64,000 nucleotides of DNA from Felis catus (GCF_018350175.1 NC_058373.1:4836001-4900000); one strand, 5' to 3'; positions 37,800-50,697 are shown, counted from the stretch's first letter. Made by a program: numbers and translations. The notes: a model not told the origin generated them from the letters alone.

Positions 37800-38350
37800 T
37801 CCTGTCGTAAAACGGGCGGGTATTAGGTCCCTGAGGCCCCGCCCGGAACTGACATCCTGGGAACCCCGGATTTTACGTCATTTTCCCCGGAGCTTTTGCC
37901 GGGAGAACCCCGGACCCAGCCGGTCAAGGGCACCGAGCGCTGGTGCCGGCGGTCGGACACCTCTCGGCCCCGTCCCGCTGGCGTGAGCCACGCCCCCAGC
38001 CCGAGCCGGCCGCGCCCACTTCTCGCGAGACGTTCGCGCCTGCCCGGGAAGGTTCTCAGAGGCGGAAGTGGAGTAGCGGAAGCGGCGTTGCCATGGAGTC
38101 AGCGGAGGACTGGCTGGTGGAATCCTTGCGCTTGTAAATCCTGTGGGCCTGGGACGTGGGACCCGGGCCTGCAGCTGGCCGCGCGGGGGAACGGGTGCGG
38201 GCTGGAGCGCGTGAAGAACCCTGGGGTGGGCGGGGGGGGGGGGCCCGACACCGAGGACTCCGCCTGGAAGTCGGCTCCCGCGTCTAGGAAGCGGCACCCG
38301 CCTATGTGCGCCGTTGTGTGGGGTACTAGGAAGCGCAGTGCTTGCGGAGG
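37800..38350 (+). promoter_or_regulatory. WDR73: WDR73 CpG-island promoter (SP/KLF, TCTCGCGAGA, two ETS sites)
   Basis: GCCACGCCCCC at 37987-37997; TCTCGCGAGA at 38021-38030; CGGAAGT at 38063-38069 and a second CGGAAG near 38077; TTACGTCA at 37873-37880. Confidence 0.85.
38093..38133 (+). CDS. WDR73: WDR73 exon 1
   Basis: gccATGG; MESAEDWLVESLR(L); donor TT|gtaaat; 41 nt. Confidence 0.93.
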
Positions 38351-38683
38351 AGAATTAATCACACGAGCCACCAATTATTTTGCGCCAGCCGAAGTGGATC
38401 TCTGAAAAGATTATCTGTCTCTCTGCTTCCTCACATCAACCTTGGGAAGGAAGTCTGGGTACTCGGGGAATCCCATTTTATAGATGAGGACCGAGGCTCA
38501 GGGATATTGTGACTGGCCTGGGCCCAGTCACACGGGGGTTAAAATGTGCAACAAGACCTGCTCCCAGGTCTGCCTCACTCCAGAGCCTGGGTCCCTTACC
38601 CACCGGATCACACCGCCCTCTCAGAGTTGTTGAACAGCTGTAGGGTGGTGCGCACCATGTGACATTGTGTCTTTATCGTGCAG

Positions 38684-38751
38684 GTACCAAGATTTCCATG
38701 CATTCGACCTTTCCGAAGCCACACGAGTCCTTGAATGGATTGATGACAAAG
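38684..38751 (+). CDS. WDR73: WDR73 exon 2
   Basis: gtgcag|GTAC; [22 protein letters not shown]; donor G|gtgatg; 68 nt. Confidence 0.95.
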
Positions 38752-39008
38752 GTGATGTGCCCTACCTGGCTCTGAAGGAGATGGAATCTTCCTTCTCAGG
38801 CTGGGACTCTGAAGCTCAGCCCAGAGGGACCCAACCCACACTTCTGGGAATCTGAGGCCTCTTCTTGGTCTCGTAGCAATGTTCACACTCCGTCAGCGCT
38901 TATATTCCTCTTATTAAGGTCTAAGTCTCTTCCATTCCCCAGTACAAGGCTGCATACCAATGGCAGAGGAATTTGTCTTTGCTTTGGGGGATTTGCCGGA
39001 ATTTCTAG

Positions 39009-39209
<201 letters not shown>

Positions 39210-39398
39210 TAGGGAGTTCCTGTTGTCTACTAGGTATTGCCCTGGACACCAGAAAGAGAGAGGGACAAACACTGGTTCTCCCCTTCTAGTCTAATAGAGG
39301 GAGGCAAGTACCCACAGAGAAGAATGCTACAGAATGTCTGAAATTTACGGGGGCTCCCAGAGGAAGAGGGCAGTTTAATGTCATCAAAAAGAGATCCA

Positions 39399-39600
39399 GG
39401 GGCACCTGGGTGGCTCAGTCAGTTGGCAGTGTGACTTCGGCTCGGGTCATGATCTCACAGTTCGTGGGTTTGGGCCCCACATCGGGCTTTGCACTGACAG
39501 CATGGAGCCTGCTTCCAATTCTGTCTCCCACTCTCCCTGCCCCTCCCCTGCTCACACATTCAAAAATAAACATGAAAAAAAAATTTTTCTTTTTTTTTTT
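39399..39600 (+). mobile_element. CAN-SINE
   Basis: Head, body, tail. Confidence 0.88.
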
Positions 39601-40417
39601 TTAAATAGATCTAGAGAGCCATTAGGGTATAGAGGGTGGTGGAAGCCCTTAGAATGGTTGAGATCACCTAGGATGACTGTAGTGTCTCAGGAATAAAAGC
39701 AGAAGATGTCCAAAGATAAAAACTTCAGGGAATACACGTAAGGAACGGTTAGAGGAAGACGAACCCACAACACCTACTCAGAAGGAATAATAGTCTTCGA
39801 AGTAGGAGGGGTGTCAGAAAAGGTCAGTGTTTCAGAAGCGAAGAGAAGAGAACATGTGAAAAAGAAAAGAGGTGGTAGCTGCCCAGGGTTGCTGTGGAAT
39901 CTCTCAGGCCCATCTCCTAGGGCAGCCTGACCTTTGTTTCCCTGGGGGGGAAGCTTCCTGCCTAGTGCTCCTGATGCCCAACCCCCCCCCCCATCCCCAC
40001 CACTCAAGCTTGAGCTGGGAGCTCGCTCACCCATCCTGAGCCTTGATGAGAGGCCTTATTTACCTCCTACCTCACCCCTGGCTTCTTTTGCTTGTGGCCA
40101 CCTCCCTTCCCTCTGCTTCCGGTTGCTCACGGGGAGATAGTGGAGATAGTGGCGTCTGGTGACCGAGAGCATGAACTTTGGTCAGACAGACTTGGGTGCA
40201 GATTCACAACGTAATCCCTGTGTGACCTTAGAAAAGTTGCTCAAGCGCCCTGTGCCCAAGTGTTGTCATTTTCGAATCGGAGTGATTACAAGAACCTACG
40301 TGACGGGGTGGTTGTAAGAATTCAATGTGATGATGTAGAAAAGGCACTAAACACAGTGCCTGACCCAGCGAACACTGGACAATTGGTGGCTGTTGCATTT
40401 TTATCGTTAGAAGAACC

Positions 40418-40606
40418 GGGGCGCCTGGGTGGCTCTGGTGGCTAAGGTGCCCCACTGGCTCAGGTCACGATCTCACGGTTTGTGGGTTTGAGCCCTGAGT
40501 TGGACTGCCAGCACAGAGCCTGCTTGGGATTCTCTCTCTCTTTATTTCTCTTTCTCTCTCTCTCTCTCTCTCTCTGTCCCCCCCCTCCCCCCGCCCCCCC
40601 CCCCCA
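40418..40606 (+). mobile_element. CAN-SINE lacking an A-tail, ending in a C-run about 65 nt before WDR73 exon 4
   Basis: Head, (CT)n, then a poly-C tract. Confidence 0.8.
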
Positions 40607-40670
40607 GAGTTCGTCTGAAACGTTCCTTGGGAAAGCAGGCTCTCTGACCAGCCACCCCTTTGCATTTCAG

Positions 40671-40759
40671 GGCTTATTCCCAGAAAGAGATTTCAAGGTA
40701 CGCCACGGAGGATTTTCAGACACGTCTGTCTTTGATCTGAAGCACGTGCTGGACACAAG
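40671..40759 (+). CDS. WDR73: WDR73 exon 4
   Basis: gcatttcag|GGC; [29 protein letters not shown](R); AG|gtatgg; 89 nt. Confidence 0.96.
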
Positions 40760-41335
40760 GTATGGTCAGCTCCGTGACCCAGCCCTTCCATTTGGGGTGG
40801 AGCGGCTAGAAACGTCCGGGGCGTCCTGCCTCTTGATCGCCACCTCTGCCCCTACCCTCTCAGCACACAGGCGTGCCCACACATCCGGATTCACAATATT
40901 AAAAAACCATCATTCCGGTAACTTCATGTCCCTCGCAGACCTGGGGACGAATGTTCCCCACAGAGCACCGGAGCTGTTCCAGGGAGTGCAGTTTGTCAAA
41001 GAGCTGGTGCTGGGTAGCGGGGACTAATAGCCCCAGTCGGCGGGGGCGGAGAGTCTCTGGGTCAGGGCTGCGTGTCCCGGCTCCGTGCTGGTGTCCTGTG
41101 AGGACCCACCAGGCCACGTAGAAGCCTGGGCTCCATCCCGTGACTCCCGTGAGCTCTGGGGCTGTCCCTCATCTGTTACATGGGGGTGACTGGTCTTGAT
41201 GACCCCTTCCTGCAGGAAGCTCTCCCAGTGTGGGGAATGTAGGGATCCCAAGCTGAGGGTGCGTGTGGGGGGTGGGGAGGTAGGCGGGGTTGCGCCCCAC
41301 CGTCTGGACTGATACTTCCTATCTGGTTTGAATAG

Positions 41336-41400
41336 GTTGCTGGTAACCAGTGGTCTTCCAGGTTGTCACCTGCATGTGTGGCAGGTGACAGAGGACAGTG
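41336..41400 (+). CDS. WDR73: WDR73 exon 5
   Basis: gaatag|GTT; [21 protein letters not shown]; G|gtgagt; 65 nt. Confidence 0.95.
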
Positions 41401-41482
41401 GTGAGTGAATTTGACGTGGTGGGGGCTGGGCTGATACTCCTACACCCCTGCCCCGAATGTAAGCCAGTTAAGAAGAGCCTCA

Positions 41483-41666
41483 GGGGAGCCTGGGCGGTTC
41501 AGTCAGTTGAGCACCCAACTTTGGCCCATGATCTCACAGTTCGTGAGTTTGAGCCCCGCGTCAGGCTCTGTGCTGACAGCGCGCCTCAGGTCCCCCATCC
41601 GCCTCTCTCTGCCCCTGCCCCGCTTGCGTTCTATCAAAAATAAATAAATGCTAAAAAAGAAAAAAA
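41483..41666 (+). mobile_element. CAN-SINE
   Basis: Head, body, A tail. Confidence 0.85.
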
Positions 41667-42439
41667 GCATTCTCGGAGCCAGGCGGGAATGAAAATGCAG
41701 TATCTACTTGGTCATGGGCAAAGATGCATTAGCTACCAGAGTCCGGCTTACAGCTCCCAAATGGAGCTTCCTGTAGCTCGCTCCAGGAACTGAGTTTGCC
41801 GACCCAGTTGGGAGCAGAGCGGCGCCTCTCCCCCCAGCAGGGGCGGCTGCGAGGGCAGAGCTGGGGTCGCTCAGGTGAGCTCGCCTCTTGCAGGAGGTGG
41901 CGGCGGGGGCAAAGAGGTCCCCTTTCTTCGTGGCCATGGAAACTTAAGGAGCGAGCAGGAGGCGAGGCGGGGCTGACCAGTCTCCCTCTTAGGTCACTCT
42001 GCTCCCTGGCGGGAACAGGAAAAGGAGCTGGGAGTGCTGATCCCGTTCCCTCACGCGGAATAGGGCTCCTTCCGGCAGTGGGTCCGCGGGTTCCCATCCG
42101 GGAGGCGCCAAGAGCTTGCAGCCCTGATCCAGCCCCTTCCATCCTTCCACCGTCGGCCAGAATGGAGACGAGCCTCGGGGGCTCAGGACCACTGTTGGAA
42201 CCGGCCCTTTGCTTGTGTGACCCTCTGTCCCCGGCCCCACGCCGCCTCGCTTAGACGCTTCCCAGAAACTGGCTGGCAGCTGTTGGCTTCTCCCCAAGTT
42301 TCACTGGCACAGAACGGCCGCTCTTGTGCTCATTTGCTTTTCGAAGTCGCTGACTCAGAGGGCTTTTCCCTCGTTGTTTGTCACTTGTCACTTGTCTAAT
42401 GTTGTAGCTGCCAGTTTGTATCGTTTCCTTGTACCTATG

Positions 42440-43530
42440 ATGATTTTTTTACAATTTTATTCAAATTCACACATTGTAAGTGGACGGTTCTGTGATTTGT
42501 AGTACACTTAAGAGCTGTGCAGCCATCACTATAAATCAGTTTTAGGACATTTTCATAACCCCAGTAACATCTCTTGTGCCGTTTACTGCTAATCCCCATG
42601 CCCACACCTGCCCCCGGCAACCACTAACCTACTTCCTGTCTCTATAGTTGGTTCGCCTTTTCTGAACATGTCCTGTCAGTGGAATCGTACAGTATGCAGT
42701 CTGTTGTATGTGGCCTCTTTCGCTTCTCACAGTGCTTTGAGGTCTTCTGTGTCACACCTGGTGGCACCTGGTGCCCCAGACACTGTCAGGATGAACGGCA
42801 GTGATACATTGTGAATCAGTGGTTCCTTTTTGTGGCCGATTAGTATTCCACTGTGTGGATCTATTCTATTGGGCCAGCCTTCACCAGTTGATGGATCTGA
42901 TTTTTGGCTATTATGAAGAATGCCGCCAAGAACATTCATCTACGGGTTTCCGTGTGGACATAAGTTTTCATTTCCCTTGGATAGACAGGAGTGGAATTGC
43001 TGGGTCAGGTGGTAAATTTATGTTTGATTTTTTAAAGAAACTTCCAAAGTGTTTTCCAAAATGGCTTCATTGTTTACATTCCCCTCAACAGTGCCTGAGG
43101 GTTTCTATTTTTACATGTCCTCATTAACATTTGTTTTTGTCTTTTTTGTTAAAGCCATCCTATTGAGCGTGAAATTGTTTCTGCTTGTGGCTTTTATTTA
43201 CATCTTTTTTTTTTTTTTAACGTTTATTTATTTTTGAGACAGAGAGAGACAGAGCATTAACGGGGGGAGGGTCAGAGAGAGAGGGAGACACAGAATCCGA
43301 AACAAGCTCCAGGCTCTGAGCTGTCAGCACAGAGCCCGACATGGGGCTTGAACTCACGGACTGTGAGATCATGACCCGAGCTCAAGTCGGACGCCCAACC
43401 GACGGAGCCACCCAGGTCCCCCTCTTTTACATCTTTTTAATGACTAATAATATTGAGCATCTTTTCATGGGCTTATCAGCCATTCATATATCTTCTTTGG
43501 TGAAATGCCTATTCAGATCTTCATGAGGCA
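42440..43530 (-). mobile_element. L1M-type element interrupted by a - strand CAN-SINE (43204-43422)
   Basis: ggcaaccactaacctactt; ggagtggaattgctgggtca; gagcatcttttcatg; SINE TSD tacatcttttt. Confidence 0.8.
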
Positions 43531-44087
43531 GTTTTGTTGTTTTTTCCCCCACCCCCAGCAGGCTGAGATGGCATGCTGTCCCAGGCCCTTTGATGTTCTG
43601 GTTTCTCTGTACGTTTAATAGATACTTGCTCAAATTAACCAATAATCTGTACAAGGTGACAGTAATATTAATAAGCGTATTATACTCCAGGCACTGTACC
43701 AAGTATTTTCCATGCATGATATCATTATATTCTCAGAAGTCTGAGAACAGAGTCTGTCCCAGAGAAGCTAACTTGTTGAAAGTTACAAAGATAGTAACAC
43801 GACCTGGTCATGGGTCTAGTCTAACTTCAGGGTCTGCTCAGAACCATGTCAGGGTCTAAGTATAGTCAGATGATAATAATTGATCTCAGTACAGGTGTAC
43901 GGGCTCTGAAAAAAAGTGGTAGGGTACTTACTGAGCAGCAATGTGGTCCTTGCCTCCATTTTGCTTTGAGCTGGTTCCTGGAGGCAGATTTGTCAATGAA
44001 AGGGAACATTTACGGGGGTACCAGCTGCCTCAGTTTGTGGAGTCTGTGACTCTTGATCTTGGGGTGATGAGTTTGAGCCCCACGTTG

Positions 44088-44521
44088 NNNNNNNNNNNNN
44101 NNNNNNNNNNNNNNNNNNNNNNNNNNNNNNNNNNNNNNNNNNNNNNNNNNNNNNNNNNNNNNNNNNNNNNNNNNNNNNNNNNNNNNNNNNNNNNNNNNNN
44201 NNNNNNNNNNNNNNNNNNNNNNNNNNNNNNNNNNNNNNNNNNNNNNNNNNNNNNNNNNNNNNNNNNNNNNNNNNNNNNNNNNNNNNNNNNNNNNNNNNNN
44301 NNNNNNNNNNNNNNNNNNNNNNNNNNNNNNNNNNNNNNNNNNNNNNNNNNNNNNNNNNNNNNNNNNNNNNNNNNNNNNNNNNNNNNNNNNNNNNNNNNNN
44401 NNNNNNNNNNNNNNNNNNNNNNNNNNNNNNNNNNNNNNNNNNNNNNNNNNNNNNNNNNNNNNNNNNNNNNNNNNNNNNNNNNNNNNNNNNNNNNNNNNNN
44501 NNNNNNNNNNNNNNNNNNNNN
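44088..44521. other. Assembly gap between SINE fragments
   Basis: 434 N. Confidence 1.
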
Positions 44522-44929
44522 CAGTCGGTTAAGCGTCCAACTCTTGGTTTCAGCTCAGGTCATGATCTCACGGTTTATGAGTTTGAGCCCCATGTCAAGC
44601 TCTGTGCTGGCAGCACGAAGCCTGCTTGGGATTCTCTGTCTCCCTCTCTCTCTCTCTCTGCCCCTATCACATCTCTCACTCTCAGAATAAATAAACTTTT
44701 TATTTTTTTTTTTAATTTTTTTTTTAATGTTTTTATTTATTTTTGCGACAGAGAGAGACAGAACATGAGCAGGGGAGGGCCAGAGAGAGAGGGAGACACA
44801 GAATCGGAAGCAGGCTCCAGGCTCTGAGTTGTCAGCACAGAGCCCGATGCGGGGCTCGAACCCACAGACTATGAGATCATGACCTGAGCCGAAGTCAGAC
44901 GCTTAACCGACGAGCCACCCAGGCGCCCC
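44522..44929. mobile_element. + strand CAN-SINE with a - strand CAN-SINE inserted in its tail
   Basis: TSD aaataaactttt on both sides of the inner element. Confidence 0.88.
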
Positions 44930-45109
44930 TAAATAAACTTTTTAAAGGGGAACAGTTATGATAATTACTGTTACTATTATTTGTAGCAGTAGCTAACATC
45001 TCCTCATTCAGTCAACAATTCCTCTTTGTGCTCTTTGGATGTGTCCAGCCGGGGATACAACAGCAAAGCAACAACATAGATGCTTCTTCTTTTCTTGGTG
45101 CTAATATTT

Positions 45110-45670
45110 GGTCACATATTTTGCCCAGTTTTTGATTTACCTTTTTGTCTTCATTGAGTTGTAAGAGTCCGCTGTACGTCCCACATACAAATTATTCGCC
45201 CAGTACGTGTTTTGCTAATATTTTCACCCAGTCTGTAGCTTGTTTTTTCACGTTCTTAAGAGTGTTTTGAAGCATAAGAGGTCTACATTTTAATGAGGTC
45301 CAGTTTGTCAGTGTTTTCTCTTAAGGACTGTACTCTTAGGGTCCTATTTAGGAAATCTTTACCTAACCCACAGATTGTCCCCTCTGCTTTATTTTTCTCC
45401 CAGAGTTTGTTTTAGCACCAGCATGTAAGCCTGTGATCTCTTTAGTGTTCCCTTTTGTGTATGGCTTGAAGTAACAGTCGAAGTTCATCTTTTTGCGTGG
45501 AAATATCCAGTTGTCTCTTCCCTGTTTGTCAAAAAGCCTCACCTTTCTCCGCTGATTTGTCTTGATGCCTTTGTTGAAAGTTGCTTAACCATAAATACGA
45601 GGATTTATTTCTGGACTCTCAGTTCTGTTCCACTGATCTTTCTGTCTGTCCATGATTATGCCAGTAACTT
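45110..45670 (-). mobile_element. L1M ORF2 fragment (probable continuation of 42440-43530)
   Basis: gagttgtaagag; ctttacctaacccac; atatccagttgtc; tttatttctggactctc. Confidence 0.75.
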
Positions 45671-48143
45671 TTAGTTGTTTCTTTATCTTTGCCTAAAAAT
45701 AGGCCATGTGGGGTGGCAGTTGTTTAGAGATGAGTGGGAGAGGAGTCTCACCGTGTGGAGGCGCCTGTTTGGTACCAGGTGCCAAATAGGACCTAAAGCC
45801 CCAGGCCCAGGAGAGCTACTGGCCGAAGGGGGCTTGCTTTGACATTCATGTGGGAATGGGAAATCAGATCAAGACTTACCTTCCCCTAGATATTAGAGCA
45901 GAATATTCCAGAGCCTAGGGAAGATTGGCCAGCTGTTTGCCTAGAAGCCTAAAAGCGTAGCATTACCTAGGTGAATGTTCCAAGGTCCAGGTTTTGACCC
46001 ACAGCTTTGTTGTCTCAAAAACTTGATATTGTTACCACGTCCTAAACTAATCTGTTTATAGAAGCAGACGTACTCAGCAGACTCAAAAGACTGCCATGAG
46101 TGTCCCTAAACGTGGAATATTCCAGGTCCTTATTCTTTGCCTATAGAAGATGGAATGTAATCAAAGACTGCGTGCTAAATGAAACCGTAACAAGAGGAAT
46201 CAGCTGAGAAGTTTCCAGATTGTGTTTTTGCAAGTTGTCTTAGGCAGAAAGTATAAAACTTGAGAAGGCTCCGCTGGCCAGGCCTCACTGCTGTCCGTGC
46301 CCCTGGTGAGCGCCCGAGGCGTCTTCTTTCACTAGGGCTGGGGAAACCATTGAGCTGGATGAATACATTTCGAAAGGTCTCAGCTGAATTTCACCTGCTG
46401 TAGCCACTCTGAAGTTCAATATTCAGTCTGGCGTGGCCCCTCCTGCCCTGGACAGACCCCAGTGTTTTCTTTGTTCCCATGGCTAGACAGCCCCCTCTCA
46501 GGGACACCACCGTCCTTTAGATCACCGTTCATCCATTTGCTCAGTGTTGCAGGTGAGGGCGCCATTCTGACTCCTTAGGAGTGTGCCTACCTCTGCTCTG
46601 ACCTATTCTGTGTTGGGTTAATCCTCAGCCACAGCCTTCTTTTATTGCCAAGTTCTTGGAGGTGCCTCACTGTGTCTTTTGCTTTGATTTTCTAGTCATT
46701 TCTCTTTTCCGTTTGGGGCTGGTTTGCTAAATGTGGTGTGGATTCCCTGGAGGAGAGCATTTTACCACTGACTAGAGAGAGGAGAAGGAGGAGGCCTGCA
46801 CTTCTTTCTGAATAACTGTAAAGTGATTTCTCCAGTCAGGAGGCTCCAAAGCCTTGTTTCCCACCCCATCTTTGAAATAGGTCTCTGACGGCTCTCCCGT
46901 GGCCGCCTCCTCTCCCCCATCAGAGGACAGATCACATCTGAGCAGCAGGTCCTGGGGAATCTGTTCCAGGCTCCTCAGAGGGTGTGGAAAGGGAAGAGGG
47001 GCTCACACGCGGCCCAGGAGAGTCAGGCAGGCTCTCCTGGGGCTGGTTTGAATCCCAGCCCCACCGGTGCTCCCCAGAGACCAACGCTGGTCCTGAGGCT
47101 CAGCTGTTGTGTCTGCTCCGAGCCTGCGTAGCTCCTGTGGAAGGATCGATTACGTTCAATAAGTCTGGGGCAAGGCCACCCGGAGCCCGTGGGCTTGAGG
47201 AGCAACACGCAAGGGCCGTCTGCATTCTAGCCCGGCCCGGACACGGCCGTGCACCCCTGGGATGGGAGCGCTCTCAGGGGGACTTGCTGCCATGTGCTCG
47301 CTTGACAAGCCACGTCAGCGTTCCTTCTTACCCGTTCCTTCCTCATGCTGGCTTTTACCTAGCCTGCGGAATTTAAAGAATAGATAGGTCTCCGTTTTCT
47401 TCAGAGAATGCGGAGACCAAATAATGAGCCTGTCTCGGAGCAAGAAAAAAAGTGGAAAATCTGCGTCCCCCATTAAGTAGTGTGTGCAGCAAACTCGTTC
47501 TCAGCCGAGTCCAAAATGGCTGCTATTAAGAGAAGCAGCAACCGTAGCAGGTGGCGGTGAGAACCAAGCAGGCTGAGACAAACACAACTGAAATTTCCTT
47601 CAGCTTGAGGTCCGGCGACTCTTCTGTTCACAACTTCGTGGGCCTTCCCGCCCCGTCTATGTCTGAAGACGACATCTGTGTTGTAACCATTACTTGTTGG
47701 GCTTCAGCAGATCGCTGGAGGTCATGGAACATGCGTCTGAAGAAATACTATTAGTTCATGACCTCTGTACCATTATTTTCACCTACGATGTAAATCATCA
47801 GGGTGCTCTCTGCTTGCTTCTATCTTTATTTGTTCTTTGCAAAACTATAAAAAGCCCCAACTGCTCTTGGGGTTCTGAGGTGGCTACTATGGTTCATTAT
47901 CTCCCCTCTGCAGAACCGTGTGTAGGACAAATTGGAAAGAGACGGAAGCACTTGTGACCGTTTCAGAAATGGGAGCGGAACACAGTGCTCGTGTCTCACA
48001 TCCTCCCTTGCCACCTGTCAGCTCCCTTTCTCTTCCTTGACCTCCTAAAGGCACGAGGGAAGACTGCTGGCCGGCCCTCACTTTGTGAGGTCTGGAGACT
48101 TCCTCACCGTCCCGGGCTTCAGCCTCTCCTCCTTTCCCCCCAG

Positions 48144-48308
48144 ACGTCATTCAAGCTGTCAGCACCATTGCCGTGCAGGAGGAGGAGGGGAGTCTCTGGC
48201 CTAGGGTGGCCATCTTCTCTTCGATGGCCCCCGGAGTCCTGCACGGGGCGAGGCTCCGCGGTCTGAAGGTTGTGGATCTGGAAACTCAGAAGACCACGTA
48301 CTCCTCAG
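48144..48308 (+). CDS. WDR73: WDR73 exon 6
   Basis: tttccccccag|AC; [55 protein letters not shown]; CAG|gtaccg; 165 nt. Confidence 0.96.
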
Positions 48309-48609
48309 GTACCGCAGCAGCTCGGCCCTTGCCGGCCTCTCCTGGCGGCCCCCCTTAGCCGTGTGAAGAAGAGAGTTCAGCCGCGTGTGCCAGGTGCTAG
48401 GGAGACCAGGTGGAGGCGAGGCGGGCCCTGGCCTCGAGGGGCTCCCGCATCGGGGCTGGAGGAGGCAGGTCCGGGACCGGCACCGACCCAGCTGGGCGGA
48501 GCGTGGCGAGGTGCCTGGGGCCAGAGGGAAGCTTCCGGAGGAAGGGGCCCGGGCCCGGCCGGACTCCTGTGACTCCAGCAGCTTTTCTGTGTCACCGTGT
48601 GTCTTCCAG

Positions 48610-48975
48610 GGGTCGGAGACAGTGAGGAGCTGAGCAGCCTGCAGGTCCTGGACGCAGACACCTTTGCCTTCTGCTGTGCCTCGGGCCGGCTGGGGCTCGT
48701 TGACATCCGCCAGAAGTGGGCGCCGTCAGAGAATGCCGGCCCCGGCCCCGGGGCCACTGCAAGGAGGTGGTGTGCTGAAGTTGGGGGCCGACACCGGGGC
48801 CCTGGGCCCAGCATTGCCAGCCTTGGCTCAGACGGGCAGCTCTGTCTCCTTGATCCCCGGGATCTCTGCCACCCTGTGAGCTCGGGGCGGTGCCCCGTGT
48901 CCGCACCGAGCCCTGCCCCAGAGCTGCTGCGAGTGACCTGGGCTCCAGGCCTGGACGACTGCCTGGCCATTTCAG
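48610..48975 (+). CDS. WDR73: WDR73 exon 7
   Basis: tcttccag|GG; [32 protein letters not shown]...[14 protein letters not shown]; CAG|gtaccg; 366 nt. Confidence 0.97.
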
Positions 48976-49894
48976 GTACCGTCGGGCATCCTTTCGTGTG
49001 TGTTACTTGATCCCTCTCTTCCAGAGGACCGTATGGTGCTCAGGAAGGAGCCTACAGCCCCGTAATACATCTGGCCCCGAGCTGAAAGTTCGAGGTCAGC
49101 TCTCCAGTTGCTTCTGTGGCAGGCCCTTCCCCATTCTGGCTACTAAACTTCCACATCAGTAGCAGGCCTCTCCTACCTGGGCGGGAGCTTGGAGCCGACG
49201 TTGGCCGAGAGGCCTGCAGAGAACGAGGCAGCAAGGTGGCCCCGGGACGGCTCCAGGAAGAGCTGAGGGTATGGCAAAGTGCTTCCCAGCCTGCTTGCTT
49301 TTCAAATGATAGCAGGCCACCGGGTCCGTAGGCTCCTGGGTCTGGCCTGGCAGTTTCTAGCCAGATAAGGGTGTTAATGAGCATCTCTAAAAGCCAGTGG
49401 GAAGGATCCATTGAAGGGAGAGGTTGAGAGAATAGTCGAGAGATTAAGAAAAGATCGTTGATAATGGCAGGATCCAGAAAGAACAGAAGGAAAGAACCGT
49501 GCTTGGTGGAGGAATTGGCTTTTTGGTAGCAAGTAGACAGTGGGCTGGAGTGAGTGTGGGTAGAGCTAAGTCATGGGGGACAGGAGGGTGCTTCTCTCTA
49601 AAGCCTTCCGTATCCCTACCAAGCAGGAGGCAAGGCCATCTGCTGAGAGGGTTCACATGTGGCAGGACTGGAATTGGAGGCAAGACTCAGAAGACTCTGA
49701 GGCCTCAGTTCCCTGGTTCCCCAGGGAATAAGAGTACCGATTTCATACAGTTCTGAGGATTAAAAGAATTCATGTCTAGGATTGGCCTCACGCCTGGCAC
49801 ATAATAGATGAACAACAGAAATACACCATCACATGCCCTGTGGAGCCGACACTGAGGGCAGAGGATATGTGCCCTTCGGTTGGCTTCAGGCATC

Positions 49895-50410
49895 TTTTGT
49901 TTTTTTAAAGTAATTTCCACTCAGTGTGGGACTCAGAGTCATGACCTTGAGATCGAAGAGTTGGATGCCATACCGACTGAGCCAGCCAGGCGCCCCTGGC
50001 CTTAAGCATCTTGTTATTTGACTTTTCATCCTATAGCCTGTTTTAGTACCACAGAGCAAACTATGAAATTACTTTAGGGGTGGGGCGCCTGGGTGGCTCA
50101 GTCGGTTAAGCAGCCGGCTCTTGGTTTCTGCTCAGGTCAGATCTCATGGTTCGTGAGTTCGAGCCCCACATTGGAGTCAGCACTTACCGTGTGGAGCCTG
50201 CTTGGGATTCTCTCTCTCCCCCTCTCTCTCTGCCCCTCCCACACACTCACGTTCTAAATAAATAAATAAATAAACAAACAAACAAACTTTAAAAATTACT
50301 TTAGGGGTGCCTGGCTGATTCAGTCAGCAGAGCATGCGACTCTTGATCTCAGAGTCGTGAGTTCAGGCCCCACGTTAGGCATAGAGATAACTTTTTTCAA
50401 AAAAATGAAA
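49895..50410. mobile_element. Cluster of three CAN-SINEs in WDR73 intron 7 (- 49895-49996, + 50083-50295, + 50304-50410)
   Basis: Three heads; repeated aaattactttagggg flank. Confidence 0.88.
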
Positions 50411-50461
50411 AATTACCTTAGAGTTTCAGTGTCAATCCTCTCTTTTCTTGTTCTTCCTCAG

Positions 50462-50697
50462 GTTTTGATGGGACAGTCCAGGTCTATGATGCCACATCTT
50501 GGGACGGAACGGGGGGCCAAGTAGAACCTGTCTTCACTCACAGAGGTCACATCTTCCTGGAAGACAATCAGACAGATACTGCGCCACTGGTCACTACCCA
50601 CACCTGGCACCCCCACAAGCCGAGGACCTTGTTATCGGCAGCAAGCGACGCCTCTCTGCACGTGTGGGACTGGGTGGACCGCCGTGCGGCCTGCTGA
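50462..50697 (+). CDS. WDR73: WDR73 exon 8 coding part (stop TGA)
   Basis: cttcctcag|GT; [30 protein letters not shown]...[17 protein letters not shown]; exons sum to 1119 nt = 372 aa plus stop. Confidence 0.97.

Noticed and set aside
43941-44690. 249-aa ORF (similar ORFs at 12252-12551 and 24810-25131)
   Set aside because: Open only because they run through N gaps
48377-48970. 197-aa antisense ORF over WDR73 exon 7
   Set aside because: GC-rich antisense shadow of real coding sequence
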